A DNA stretch of 64,000 nt from Corallococcus coralloides. GTDB taxonomy: Bacteria > Myxococcota > Myxococcia > Myxococcales > Myxococcaceae. Below the pieces are notes generated by a model. The model did not search any database and was not told the DNA's origin. It saw only the letters and a list, made by a program, of their open reading frames with translations. This document shows positions 36,873-48,500 of the stretch, one piece after another. A program made the translations under genes and the position numbers. The stretch lies in the NCBI RefSeq assembly GCF_004104415.1, contig NZ_CP034669.1. The stretch is one strand, 5' to 3'. Positions within the stretch are counted from its first letter, which is position 1. Every line of letters starts with the position of its first letter.

Positions 36873-38579
36873 ATGCGGATGAAGGCCCAGAGCTGGGCGC
36901 TGGCCGCGCTGCTGGCCACCGCCGTCACCCCCGCCGCTTTCGCGCAGACCCCCACGAGCCCGCTCGTCCCGCTGGACCTGGAGCGCCTGCGCTTCACGCC
37001 CGCGGCGACGGACTCGATGCTGGTGGACACCGGCCGCGTGCTCCCCGAGGGCGGCTACCGCCTGCTCCTCATGGTCAACTACGAGCGCGGCATCCTCCTG
37101 CTCCAGGGCAGTGACGGGCTGGAGCGCTCCATCCTCCACTACCGCACCGCGGGCTGGCTGGCCGGCGCGTGGTCGCCGGTGGACCGGTTGGAGTTCTCCG
37201 CGAAGCTGCCCGTCATCATCGCGCAGGGAGGCCACGGCGCGGAGCAGCTGGTGGGCGTGAGCGAGCCGGACTCGTTCGGCCTGGGCACGCCGGAGCTGGG
37301 CGTGCGCTACGAGCTCTTGCGGCGCGAGGAAGGCGCGCCGGTGTTCCTGGGCCTGGGATTGGACATCGGGATTCCGGGCGGCACGGCGGACGCGTTCGGC
37401 CGTCAGGCGGGCTGGGCCGGGTTCCAGTTCGCGCCCCGCGTGTCGGTGAGCCGCGAGCTGGGCCCCGTGGTGCTGGGCGCCAACGCGGGCATCCGGATCC
37501 GCTCGAAGGAAGTCGAGCCGGGCCGCGACGTGGGCACGGAGCTGGAGCAGGGCGTGGTGGTGGCCACGCGAGGCAAGGGGCTGCGCGGCGAAATCGCGCT
37601 GCAGGCCGCCGAGTCGCTCGTGGAGTCGGACTTCGCGCTGGAGCTGCTGGGCGGCGTGCGGCTGCCGGTGGGCGCCGGCTTCGAGGCGTTCGCGATCGGC
37701 GGGCACGGCTTCACGGACATCCCGGGCACGCCGTCGTTCCGGCTGGCTGCGGGCATCGCTTACGCGAACGATCCCGAGCCCGTGGACCGCTGCCGCACCG
37801 GCCGCAGCCACACGCCGGAGCAGTGCCCGAACGAGGACGACGACGGCGACGGCGTGGCGAACAAGGACGACCGCTGCCCGCTGGAGTCCGGCTCCGTGGA
37901 GAACAACGGCTGCCCGGACAAGGACTCGGACGGCGACGGCGTGGTGGACCGTGAGGACCAGTGCCCGAACGAGGCCGGTCCCTCGTCCGAGCGCGGCTGC
38001 CCCGTGAAGGACACGGATGGCGACGGCGTGCCCGACAAGGACGATGCCTGCCCGAACGAGGCCGGTCCGTCGTCCGAGCGTGGCTGCCCCGTGAAGGACA
38101 CGGACGGCGACGGCGTGCCGGACAAGGACGACGCCTGCCCGAACGAGGCCGGTCCCTCGTCCGAGCGCGGCTGCCCCGTCAAGGAACAGCCCAAGCCCGA
38201 GCCGAAGCCCGAGGAGAAGCCCGCGGAGGAGACGACGTCGCCGCTGGAGCACATCGTCCAGTTCCCGGTGAACCAGTCGGAGTTCCAGGAGAACGAGCAG
38301 CAGCAACTGGACGCCATCGTGGCCTACCTGAAGGCGAACCCGAAGCTGAACGTCCGGATTGAGGGCCACACGGACAACAGCGGCCCGGAGGAGGCCAACC
38401 GCACGCTGAGCCATCAGCGCGCGAACCGCGTGCGCGCGTACCTCATCCAGAAGGGCATCGCGGGCTCGCGGCTGGAGGCGAAGGGCTTCGGCCCCGACCG
38501 TCCGCGCGTGTCCAACGAGACGCCAGAAGGCCGCAGCGCGAACCGCCGCGTGGAGTTCGTCCCCGTCACGGGGAGCTGA
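36873..38579 (+). CDS. OmpA-family outer-membrane protein with thrombospondin type-3 (TSP3) repeats
   Basis: Signal 'MRMKAQSWALAALLATAVTPAAFAQ'; N-terminal beta-barrel-like region; TSP3 repeats 'DTDGDGVPDKDDACPNEAG' x5-6; C-terminal OmpA domain 'NVRIEGHTDNSGPEEANRTLSHQRANRVRAYLIQKGIAGSRLEAKGFGPDRP...ANRRVEF'. Confidence 0.85.
   Translation: MRMKAQSWALAALLATAVTPAAFAQTPTSPLVPLDLERLRFTPAATDSMLVDTGRVLPEGGYRLLLMVNYERGILLLQGSDGLERSILHYRTAGWLAGAWSPVDRLEFSAKLPVIIAQGGHGAEQLVGVSEPDSFGLGTPELGVRYELLRREEGAPVFLGLGLDIGIPGGTADAFGRQAGWAGFQFAPRVSVSRELGPVVLGANAGIRIRSKEVEPGRDVGTELEQGVVVATRGKGLRGEIALQAAESLVESDFALELLGGVRLPVGAGFEAFAIGGHGFTDIPGTPSFRLAAGIAYANDPEPVDRCRTGRSHTPEQCPNEDDDGDGVANKDDRCPLESGSVENNGCPDKDSDGDGVVDREDQCPNEAGPSSERGCPVKDTDGDGVPDKDDACPNEAGPSSERGCPVKDTDGDGVPDKDDACPNEAGPSSERGCPVKEQPKPEPKPEEKPAEETTSPLEHIVQFPVNQSEFQENEQQQLDAIVAYLKANPKLNVRIEGHTDNSGPEEANRTLSHQRANRVRAYLIQKGIAGSRLEAKGFGPDRPRVSNETPEGRSANRRVEFVPVTGS
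37962..38180 (+). repeat. Near-identical 87-bp tandem repeats (2.5 copies) encoding TSP3 units
   Basis: Seen directly: 37962-38048 and 38049-38135 differ at only a few positions; third copy starts 38136 and diverges after ~45 nt. Confidence 0.8.
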
Positions 38580-38600
38580 CTCCCGCGGGTCTCAACATGA

Positions 38601-38630
38601 CGCCGCTTCGTGGACACCCACGAAGCGGCG
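38601..38630. terminator. Perfect 13-bp stem hairpin (CGCCGCTTCGTGG-ACAC-CCACGAAGCGGCG) between convergent OmpA and HAD genes
   Basis: Seen directly; likely bidirectional terminator. Confidence 0.55.
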
Positions 38631-38668
38631 CATGGAAGTTCCCAGCACCTCGAAGGATGGCGCGGGCG

Positions 38669-39466
38669 TCAGGCCTCTTCGGGGTGCAGCTGTACCAGCG
38701 CGGGCAGCTCCGCCGCACGGTCGCGCAGCCGCGCCTTGGGCCGGATGGCCACCGGGACGCGGGAGGCCGCGAGCAGCTCCAGGTCGAACACGTTGTCGCC
38801 GAACGCCGCGTAGAGCGGCCGGTCCGTCCGCAGCCTCAGGCTGTTCACCTTGCCGGGGCCGTAGGGCACGGGCTCGAAGACGGACGTCAGCAGCCGTCCT
38901 CCCTCCTCCTTTGGCGTGCACGCCACCACGAAGTCGGGCGTGATGCCCACCTCGCGCACGGCGGCCTCCACCACCGCGCGCGGCGACGCGCTGACCACGT
39001 AGCAGTCCACGCCCTGCCCCCGGGCCCACTCCACCACGCGGCGGGCCTCCGGATGGACGCGGCCAGCCACGCCCCGCCGGGCCACCACGTCGAGGGCGAA
39101 GCCGCGCACCTCCTCCGCGTGCCAGCCGGCGAAGACCCACGCCATCATCTCGTAGGTGTCCTTCTCCGGCAGCCGCCCGGCCTCGAACGCCTTGAACAGC
39201 GCGTGCGCCAGCGTCACCGCGTCCGGATGCGACTCCACGCCATGGCGGGTCCCCAGTTGCTCCAGCGCCGCGCGGGCCTCGGGGCGCACGCCGCCGTGCT
39301 CCAGCAGGGCCATGAACAGGTCGTCCCCCACGTCCCCGCTCCACAGCGTGCCGTCCCCATCGAAGGCCAGCACGCCGTCCGGCGTCCGCTCCACCTCGCG
39401 ACGGATGCGCTCCAGCGTCTCCTCGACCCGCTCAGTCCTCATGGCCGGCATCCTCGCTGGCCGCAC
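38669..39466 (-). CDS. HAD-superfamily hydrolase (HAD-IB/phosphoserine-phosphatase-like)
   Basis: 'VLAFDGDGTLWSGDVGDDLF' DxDxT motif I; 'VVSASPRAVVEAA' motif II; start may be MRTERVEE (39442). Confidence 0.75.
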   Translation of the reverse strand: MRPARMPAMRTERVEETLERIRREVERTPDGVLAFDGDGTLWSGDVGDDLFMALLEHGGVRPEARAALEQLGTRHGVESHPDAVTLAHALFKAFEAGRLPEKDTYEMMAWVFAGWHAEEVRGFALDVVARRGVAGRVHPEARRVVEWARGQGVDCYVVSASPRAVVEAAVREVGITPDFVVACTPKEEGGRLLTSVFEPVPYGPGKVNSLRLRTDRPLYAAFGDNVFDLELLAASRVPVAIRPKARLRDRAAELPALVQLHPEEA

Positions 39467-39546
39467 TGTCCGGTGTCACCCGCGTCCGCGAAGCCGGGCC
39501 ACGGGCTGTTCACCATCCAGGGGAACAGGTGGCTACTCTTCAGGGC

Positions 39547-40107
39547 ATGGCACGAACCGAGAAAGAGAAGATGCTCGCGGGCGAGCTGTACAGCGCCAAT
39601 GACCCGCGGCTGACGGCCGAGCGGGGCCGCGCCCGCAAGCTCCTGCGCTCCTACAACCAGTCCACCGAGGACGAGCTGCCGCTGCGTGAGAGCCTGCTCA
39701 CCGAGCTCCTGGGCAAGGTGGGCGCCGGGACGTGGATCGAACCGCCGTTCTTCTGCGACTACGGCGAGCACATCCGGCTGGGCGAGCGCGTCTTCATGAA
39801 CTTCCAGTGCGTCATCCTGGACTGCAACACGGTGACGATTGGCGACGACGTGTCCTTCGGCCCGGGCGTGCAGGTGTACGCGGCCACGCATCCCCTGGAC
39901 CCGGATGAGCGCATCAAGGGCCCGGAGCTGGGGCGCCCCGTCACCATCGGCGCGAAGGTGTGGATTGGCGGCGGCTCCATCATCTGCCCGGGCGTCACCA
40001 TCGGCGAGGGGACCACGATTGGCGCGGGCAGCGTGGTGACGCGGGACATCCCGCCGTACGTCTTCGCCGCCGGCAATCCCTGTCGCGTCATCCGGAACCT
40101 CCGGTAG
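39547..40107 (+). CDS. maa: Maltose/galactoside O-acetyltransferase (hexapeptide-repeat)
   Basis: 'MARTEKEKMLAGELYSANDPRL...RKLLRSYNQS' parallels E. coli Maa N-terminus 'MSTEKEKMIAGELY'; LbH repeats 'VWIGGGSIICPGVTIGEGTTIGAGSVV'. Track start 39529 is GTG; ATG 39547 preferred. Confidence 0.9.
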   Translation: MARTEKEKMLAGELYSANDPRLTAERGRARKLLRSYNQSTEDELPLRESLLTELLGKVGAGTWIEPPFFCDYGEHIRLGERVFMNFQCVILDCNTVTIGDDVSFGPGVQVYAATHPLDPDERIKGPELGRPVTIGAKVWIGGGSIICPGVTIGEGTTIGAGSVVTRDIPPYVFAAGNPCRVIRNLR

Positions 40108-40117
40108 CGCACGGACC

Positions 40118-40966
40118 TCAGCCCACGGCCTGGTGGGTCTCGGTGACGCCCTGGTACCCGTAGAGGCCGCTGTCGTACGGGGTGATGGCGTCGTCGGCCT
40201 TCTTGGTGCAGGCCGCGGCGGTCGGGTCGAAGGCCTGGAACTGGCCCTTGTCGTCCTTGAACTCCACCCACGCATGGAGGCCCCGGTCCGTATTGCCGAA
40301 GACGACTTGCGCGTCCACGCCGGCCTGCTCGAAGCGCTGCTCGGCCTCGATGGCCATGTCCACGCAGACGCCGGACTTGGACGCGTCGAAGTTGCCGGCG
40401 TTCTTCATGGCGGCATCCCACGACTTGCCGCCCGTGTAGTCGTACTTCCAGGACGTGGCCTGCTTCGCGATGTCCTGGGCCACCGCATCCGCGCTCTTGC
40501 CGGAGGACGGGCCCTTCGCGCCCTGCGCCTGAGCGGGGGCAGGAGCCGGGGCCGGCGCGGGCTGCGCCTTCTGGGCCTGGGCCTTGGACGGCTCGAAGCT
40601 GTCGCGCTGCCAGTTCTGCTGGAAGCGCTGTGAGCCATTGGTGGGCTTCGGACCCTGGGCCTTCGCGCCCTCGCCCTTCAGCAGGGACTCCTTCGTCAGG
40701 CCCAGCTCCTTCAGCAGCTTCGCGAACTCCTGGGGCTGCTTCGCGGAGTCCACCGTCTTCACGTGCGAGCCGTCCGGCTTCACGACCTTCACCACGACAT
40801 TCCGCGGGGCCTGCCCGGCTTCGGGGGAAGGCTTCGCGCAAGGGCTGGAGGACGGACGTGAGAGGAAGGAGATCGCCATGGGACAGGGCCTCGAAGAAGC
40901 AGCGGGGATGCCCGTCCCATGAGCACGGCGTGTGCCAACGCTCGTGCTTCTTGGGGTGAACGCCAA
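40118..40966 (-). CDS. Transglutaminase-like (papain-fold) domain protein
   Basis: 'SGVCVDMAIEAEQRFEQAGVDAQVVFGNTDRGLHAWVEFKDDKGQFQAFDPT' gives Cys...His...Asp triad spacing of transglut_core; Pro/Ala/Gln-rich linker upstream. Start uncertain. Confidence 0.65.
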   Translation of the reverse strand: MAFTPRSTSVGTRRAHGTGIPAASSRPCPMAISFLSRPSSSPCAKPSPEAGQAPRNVVVKVVKPDGSHVKTVDSAKQPQEFAKLLKELGLTKESLLKGEGAKAQGPKPTNGSQRFQQNWQRDSFEPSKAQAQKAQPAPAPAPAPAQAQGAKGPSSGKSADAVAQDIAKQATSWKYDYTGGKSWDAAMKNAGNFDASKSGVCVDMAIEAEQRFEQAGVDAQVVFGNTDRGLHAWVEFKDDKGQFQAFDPTAAACTKKADDAITPYDSGLYGYQGVTETHQAVG

Positions 40967-41058
40967 ACCCCTGTGTTTCCAGGACCCGTGGGCCGGGCCT
41001 CGTCAGCGAAGGCCCGCGCCCCTGATGACAGCCGTGCGCCGGGTGATGTCCGGAGTCA

Positions 41059-42234
41059 TCACCCCGCCGGCTCGGAGGCGCCGTCGGGCTCCGGCTCCTC
41101 CGGCCCCTCCACGGTGCGCTCCAGGGTGCGTGCGAGCGCGGCCCGGGCCTCCTCGAAAGGCTCATCATTCCCGGCCCGGGCGGGGGCAGGCACCGTCGCC
41201 TCCAGTTCGTCCGGGTGCAGGCGGAACCACTTCGCGACGAGCATCACCTCCTGGGCCTCCTGCGCGCGGAGACCAATCGCCTCCGGCTCCGGCACGTCGA
41301 AGATGGCCCGCACGCGCGCGTCCAGCGCCGCCTGCTCCTCCGGCGTCCGGGGCGTGGGCACCTCCGCGCGGATCCGTCCCCGCCTGAGCACATACGTGCG
41401 GTCCTCACCGCCGTGCCCGCGCGCCGTGTAGACCAACGACAGCCGGCGCAGCGTGCGGCCCAGCTCGACGATCCACGCCTGCACGTTCTCCAGCCGCTCC
41501 GCGCGGTCGCGCAGCTCCGCCGCGTATTCGAACTGGAGCCGCCGCGCCGCCATCGCCATGCGCTCGCGAAGGATGACGAGCGGCCGGTCCGACTCCCCGT
41601 TGAGGAACGCCCGAGCCAGCGCGACCCGAGCCAGGTACTCCGCCGTCGTGCACCCGCCCGCGCACGGCGAGAGGCACCGCGCCGTCTGCCCGCGCATGCA
41701 CCGCGGGTCGTCCTTCAGGGGGAAGAGCTGGATCTGATCCGCCAGCCGCATGGGCGTCTCGGACGGACAGTCGCGCAGCTCCAGCAAGTCGTTCACCGCG
41801 CGCACCACGTCCGCCATGGTGTGCCGGCCGTGGAAGGGCCCGAAGTACTCCGCGCTCCCGCCGCCGCCGGGCTGGCCCACCACGCGCAGCCGGGGCACGG
41901 CCTCGCGCGTGAGCTGGAGGAAGCAGTGCGCGCGGTCGCGCTTGTGCTCCACGTTGTAGAGGGGCCGGTGGCTCTTGATGAGCCGGAACTCCTGGAGCAG
42001 CGCCGCGAACTCGCTGGCCGTGTACTCCCACTCCACCTGGTGCGCCTGGGCGACGATCTCCCAGGCCTTCTCGCCCTCGTCCGCGCGGAAGTACGACAGG
42101 AGCCGCGTGCGCACCCGCACGGACTTGCCCACGTAGAGCAGCTCCCCGGCGGGACCGAAGAACCGGTACACGCCGGGCCGGTTCTCCGCGCTCGCGCGGA
42201 CGTGACTCAGGAGGGTGGCGACGCGCGGGTCCAT
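41059..42234 (-). CDS. GIY-YIG nuclease domain protein (UvrC/Cho N-terminal-like)
   Basis: 'PGVYRFFGPAGELLYVGKSVRVRTRLLSYF...AQAHQVEWEYTASEFAALLQEFRLIKSHRPLYN' GIY-YIG core; followed by Cys cluster 'CPSE...CMRGQTARCLSPCAGGC'. Confidence 0.7.
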   Translation of the reverse strand: MDPRVATLLSHVRASAENRPGVYRFFGPAGELLYVGKSVRVRTRLLSYFRADEGEKAWEIVAQAHQVEWEYTASEFAALLQEFRLIKSHRPLYNVEHKRDRAHCFLQLTREAVPRLRVVGQPGGGGSAEYFGPFHGRHTMADVVRAVNDLLELRDCPSETPMRLADQIQLFPLKDDPRCMRGQTARCLSPCAGGCTTAEYLARVALARAFLNGESDRPLVILRERMAMAARRLQFEYAAELRDRAERLENVQAWIVELGRTLRRLSLVYTARGHGGEDRTYVLRRGRIRAEVPTPRTPEEQAALDARVRAIFDVPEPEAIGLRAQEAQEVMLVAKWFRLHPDELEATVPAPARAGNDEPFEEARAALARTLERTVEGPEEPEPDGASEPAG

Positions 42235-42367
42235 GCGGCGAAAAGGTGCGCCGGGCAGCCGGACCCGGGCACCGCAGGCTAACCCGCCACGTCCCGCCGC
42301 ACCGCCGTTCGCGTGGCGCCCATCACAACCCGGCCGGAGGGCGGGCGGAGGGCCGCGCGCCCGGACT

Positions 42368-43693
<1,326 letters not shown>

Positions 43694-43779
43694 TTACATT
43701 GGGTCCTCCGGTACGCCGCCGGGCTTCGATTTACCGCGCGTCTTGGGTCGCCGCGCCATTTCCGTTACAAGCCGCCGCC

Positions 43780-45378
43780 ATGTTCAACGTCATCAACGTC
43801 TCCAAGGCCTATGGGCCCAAGAAGCTGTTCGAGGAGGTCAACGTCGCCTTCTCGCCGGGCCGCCGCTACGGCCTGACCGGTCCGAACGGGGCCGGCAAGT
43901 CCACGTTCATGAAGATCCTCGCGGGAGACGAGGAGCAGGACACGGGCGAGATCATCCGCCCCCGCAAGCTGGGCATCCTGCGCCAGGACCACTTCCGCTA
44001 CGAGAACGACCGCGTCATCGACGTGGTGTTGATGGGCAACCGCCACCTGTGGGCGGCGATGGACGAGAAGAACAAGCTGCTCGCCAAGCCGGACATCACC
44101 GAGGAGGACGGCAACCGGCTGGGTGAGCTGGAAGGCGTCATCGCGGAAGAGGACGGCTACTCGGCGGAGAGCGACGCGGCCACGCTGCTGGCCGGCCTGG
44201 GCATCGAGGAGTCCTTCCACGAAGAGCCCATGCGCCAGCTGACGGGCGGCCTGAAGCTGCGAGTGCTGCTCGCGCAGGCGCTGTTCGGCAAGCCGGAGGG
44301 GCTGCTGCTCGACGAGCCCACGAACAACCTGGACATCGACTCCATCCGCTGGCTGGAGAACTTCCTGCATGTGTACGAGGGCGTGCTGATCACCATCAGC
44401 CACGACCGGCACTTCCTGAACTCCATCTGCACGCACATCGCGGACATCGATTACGAGACCATCATCCAGTACACGGGTGGTTACGACGACATGGTCCGGC
44501 AGAAGTCGCAGCTGCGCACCCGGGTCGAGTCCGAGACGGCGGAGAAGAAGAAGAAGATCGCCCAGCTGCAGGACTTCGTGGCGCGCTTCCACGCCGGTAC
44601 GCGCGCGTCGCAGGTGCAGAGCCGCATCAAGCAGATCGACAAGCTGAAGACGGAGGACCTGAAGCGCTCGAACATCGCGCGGCCGTTCATCCGGTTCGAC
44701 CAGAAGGTGGTGAGCGGCCGGCAGACGCTGATGTTCGAGGGGCTGAAGAAGTCCTTCGACGGGGTGCCTGTCATCAAGCCGTTCACGGGCCTGGTCTGCA
44801 AGGGCGAGCGCATCTGCGTGATTGGCCGCAACGCCGTGGGCAAGTCCACGCTGGTGAAGATGCTGGCCGGGCAGCTGGAGCCGGACGCGGGGACCATCAC
44901 CTGGGGCCATCAGGCGACGGTGGGCTACCTGCCTCAGGACCACCACGGCGTCATCCACAAGGGGACGACGTGCTTCGGCTACCTCCGGGAGATCAGCGAG
45001 AAGCTGACGAACGAGGAGATTTCCGGCGTGTTGGGCCGGATGCTCTTCTCGGGTGAGGAGCGGATGAAGGCGACGGACACGCTCTCCGGTGGTGAGACGG
45101 TGCGCGTGCTGTTGTCCAAGCTGATGATCACGCAGGACAACGTGCTGATTCTGGACGAGCCGACGAACCACCTGGACCTGGAGTCCATCGCGGCGCTGGC
45201 GGAAGGCCTGTCGAAGTTCGACGGCACGGTCATCTGCGTGACCCACGACCAGGAGCTCATCTCCGAGGTCGCGACCCGCATCTGGAGCCTGGAGGCGGGC
45301 AAGGACGTGCTCGACTTCAACGGCCCCTACTCCGAGTTCATGGAGAAGCACGCGGACGCGGCGCTCAAGCGCCGGTAG
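43780..45378 (+). CDS. ABC-F family ATPase (two ABC domains, no TMD; Uup/YheS/EttA-like)
   Basis: Start MFNVINVSKAYGPKKLF at 43780; two Walker A 'GPNGAGKST'/'GRNAVGKST', two signatures 'LTGGLKLRV'/'LSGGETVRV', inter-domain linker with KKKK. Confidence 0.9.
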   Translation: MFNVINVSKAYGPKKLFEEVNVAFSPGRRYGLTGPNGAGKSTFMKILAGDEEQDTGEIIRPRKLGILRQDHFRYENDRVIDVVLMGNRHLWAAMDEKNKLLAKPDITEEDGNRLGELEGVIAEEDGYSAESDAATLLAGLGIEESFHEEPMRQLTGGLKLRVLLAQALFGKPEGLLLDEPTNNLDIDSIRWLENFLHVYEGVLITISHDRHFLNSICTHIADIDYETIIQYTGGYDDMVRQKSQLRTRVESETAEKKKKIAQLQDFVARFHAGTRASQVQSRIKQIDKLKTEDLKRSNIARPFIRFDQKVVSGRQTLMFEGLKKSFDGVPVIKPFTGLVCKGERICVIGRNAVGKSTLVKMLAGQLEPDAGTITWGHQATVGYLPQDHHGVIHKGTTCFGYLREISEKLTNEEISGVLGRMLFSGEERMKATDTLSGGETVRVLLSKLMITQDNVLILDEPTNHLDLESIAALAEGLSKFDGTVICVTHDQELISEVATRIWSLEAGKDVLDFNGPYSEFMEKHADAALKRR

Positions 45379-45457
45379 TCAGCACAGCAAGACGAGGCAG
45401 TGCGAACGCCGCCCGTTTCCGGTCCTCCGGAAGCGATGCGGCGTTTTCGTGCGGGTG
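45363..45457 (+). repeat. Direct repeat copy 1 (ABC-F 3' end 'gctcaagcgccggtag' + terminator hairpin 'aacgccgcccgtttccgg...ccggaagcgatgcggcgttttc')
   Basis: Seen directly; 30-nt core 'ggcagtgcgaacgccgcccgtttccggtcc' (45396-45425) identical to 54818-54847; flanks putative island. Confidence 0.8.
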
Positions 45458-45553
45458 TCAATCACCCTCACGGGGGATGCAACCGCGGCGAGGAGTGCGC
45501 CAGAACCTGGGGTGCCAGGTCGTCCCACCCATGACGACCCGGGGGGCACCTCC

Positions 45554-48500
45554 ATGACTCCGCACGACTCGGACCTGCTGAAAGAGCTTCAGCGGCAACG
45601 CACCCGGTTGCTGGATCTGAGCGCAACCAACCGACTCCTCCATTTCAAGCACACGGCCCGGACGTCGCTGCGCCTTGTGGATGAACTGCCAGGTGTTGTC
45701 TTCGAGCGCCTGAGCAACCACCGCGCGCTCACGTTCCTCCCTGTGATGCCGCCGGAGCATGCCTCCTCGGAAGAGGAGGACTTCGACCCTGCCGCCGCGA
45801 CGGTGGTGTTTTCGATGACGGCGGAGGAGGCCCCCAGCAAGGACGCCCGGCAGAAGCTGGTGCTTCAACAGGCGAAGAAGTTGGGCATCGATACCCGGTA
45901 TGATCTGCCCAAGGCGGTCCCTGCAGAGAGCGGCAGCAATCCGCGCAAGCACCAGGACCGCCACATCCAAACGTTGTACTTCCCGGAGGATCTGGAGAGC
46001 CACCTGCACCGCCTCCAGGGCCTCGCGCAAACGGCCATCCAGGAGACCGGGGCCAACCTGCTCCACTTCGTCTTCGGGTTCCTGCGCTGGTACGAGTCCG
46101 GTGACACCCGACAGGAGAAGCCTCGCAGCGCTCCGCTCGTGCTCATGCCGGTGAGCCTCAAGCGCGGCCAGGCGCACCCGGAGACGCGGGTCCACGCCTA
46201 CGAGGTGGACTACAACGAAGGCGAGTCCATCGAAACGAACCTCACGCTCCAGGAGAAGCTGCGGCAGGAGTTCGGCATCACGCTGCCGACCTTCTCCGTG
46301 GAGGATGGCTTGGAGGCGTACTTCGACAAGGTGACGGCGCTGCTCAAGGGCCTGCGCCCTGGCTGGAGCCTGGAGCGGCAGGTGACCCTGACGCTGCTGT
46401 CCTTCGGGCGGCTCCTGATGTGGCGGGACCTGGAGCCCACCCGCTGGCCCCAGAACAGTCCCATGCTGGCGAACCCGCTCGTCCAGACGCTGATGGGAGG
46501 ACAGGCGCATGCGAACGAACTTGGCGGAGGTGGCGGGGGGAGTCGGGAACGCCGGAGCGAGGTCTACGACCTGGACTCGCCAGCAGTGAATCCTCCGCCG
46601 CTCATCACGGACGCGGACAGCAGCCAGCACAGCGTGTTGGTGGACGTGCTCCGAGGCGAGAACCTGGTGGTCCAGGGGCCGCCTGGCACCGGGAAATCAC
46701 AGACCATCACCAACCTCATTGGCGCGGCGCTGGCGGCGGGCAAGACTGTGCTGTTCGTTACGCAGAAGCTGGCGGCGCTGGAGGTCGTCTCACGCCGCCT
46801 CCAGCAGGCGGGGCTCGGCGAGTTCTGCTTGGAGTTACACAGCCACAAGACCCAGAAACAGCAGTTCATGGAGGACCTGCGTCGACGACTCAACCTGGAT
46901 GCGAGCGCGAGCGCCCCTCGCCCGCTCACCGAACAGGTCTCGAGCGCGGCGGGCATCCTGCGCGCGCATACCGAGCGAATGCACAAGCCATTCGGGACGC
47001 TCGGCATGTCACCACACGACGTGTTCTGGAAGGTCAGTCGTGCTGAATCAGAGCTCGGGGAAGCGGTCGTGGAGCTGGAGGGCCTCCGCTTCGAGGGCGC
47101 TGAAGGCATGTCCACCTCTGCTCTGGCGGAGGTTCGCGACGCGGTTCGGAGCCTCGCGGCTCAGCTGGGGGATGTTCGCCGCGTCGCACCCATCCTTAGT
47201 GCTCACCCCTGGGCGGGTGTGACGAACGATGCGCTGACCGACAAGGACCGCCAGACACTCATTCAACGGATCGCCACTTGGGAAGAGTCCGCCCTGCGCT
47301 TGGAGAAAGCGCTGGCGGCCTTCACCGTCCGCACGGGCGTCACGCCCAGGTCGAGCGTGCTCGCGGCGGATGCGCTGGTCTCCAACATCCGGGTCTTGCC
47401 GCGACTCCCGGAGGGGGCTCCCGCGACGCTGGTCCCTGCCCTGCTCGATTCCACGCAGCGCGAGGGATTACGAGCCCTGCTTGATGCCATCGAAGCGGTC
47501 CAGGCGCGGTGGGCGGGGTTGGAAGCGGGCTGGCGCGCCCAGGAGGACCTGACCGCGCCCGCGCTGCGCGATGCGGAAGCCGTCCTCGACATTGCCCTGC
47601 GCCTGCTCTCGCCTGACACCACGCTCGTCACCCTGACGCGCGCGCATGAAGCGGTGGAAGCAGCGGCCCGAGCACTGGCGCAGGCTCGCCGGTTCGTGGC
47701 CGAAGTGGCCTCGTGCCTGGAGGTCGATGTCACGCTCTGGACGCCTCAGCAGCTCCAGACTTTCGCCCGCGTTGTCGAGGCGATGGCCGCCCTGGACGAC
47801 ACCACTTTGGAGTGGCGGGACCCGCGCTGGCTCGATCGCGAAGCCGAGGAGTCACTTCGGAAGGCCGACAGGACCTGCACGGAATTGAAAGAGCAGGCGC
47901 GGGCGCTCGCGGTGCGCTTCATGCCCGAGCTCGTTCCTCCCCTCGCGACGCTCAAGTCCCATGCCGTCGCGGTTGCGACCGCGCCATTCATCCCCTGGCT
48001 CTCGGGCGCATGGCGTGCCGCGCGGCGAGATTTCCAGGCCATGGCCCACGGCGTCCGTCCAACGAGGCCCGTATTGATCCAGGGCTACAACGACCTGCTG
48101 GCACATTACGCGGCACGGGAGCGGCTCCAAGAGGACGCGCCCCTGAAAGCGACCTTGGGCGCCCGCTTCCAGGGAGTCGAGACACGCTTCGACCGAATCC
48201 TTTCGTGGTTGGACGCATACCGGAACATCGATGCATTGCTCCTCACAATGGGCGATCGAGGTTTGGAGCTACGCCGCGCGGTGTTGGAGCGCTCCCCGAG
48301 CCATTGGAGAGAGGTCCTGGCGAAGGTCCGCGCGAAGAGTGATGAACTGCCCCAGGTCCGCGACGTGAGTACCTCCGTGCAAGAGGCCTCGACGCGCATG
48401 GGGCTGCCGCACGCGCCCTGGAACACCGAGCCTTTCGGAAAGGCCCAGGACAGTCTCGACGCCCTGCGGAAGCACCTGGGCGAGGTTCTAAACTGGGCAC

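Noticed and set aside
36868-36882. Possibility that the Kelch gene terminates via a +1 frameshift at TGA 36880
   Set aside because: Requires a frameshift with no supporting slippery sequence; single-base stop loss (CAG from TAG) is a simpler explanation.
33597-38414. 1605-aa minus-strand ORF opposite Kelch/OmpA genes
   Set aside because: Arg/Gly/Ala low complexity; sense strand has lipobox, Kelch, HYR, TSP3 and OmpA domains.
43765-45351. 528-aa minus ORF antisense to ABC-F
   Set aside because: Antisense artefact; ABC-F motifs on + strand are unambiguous.
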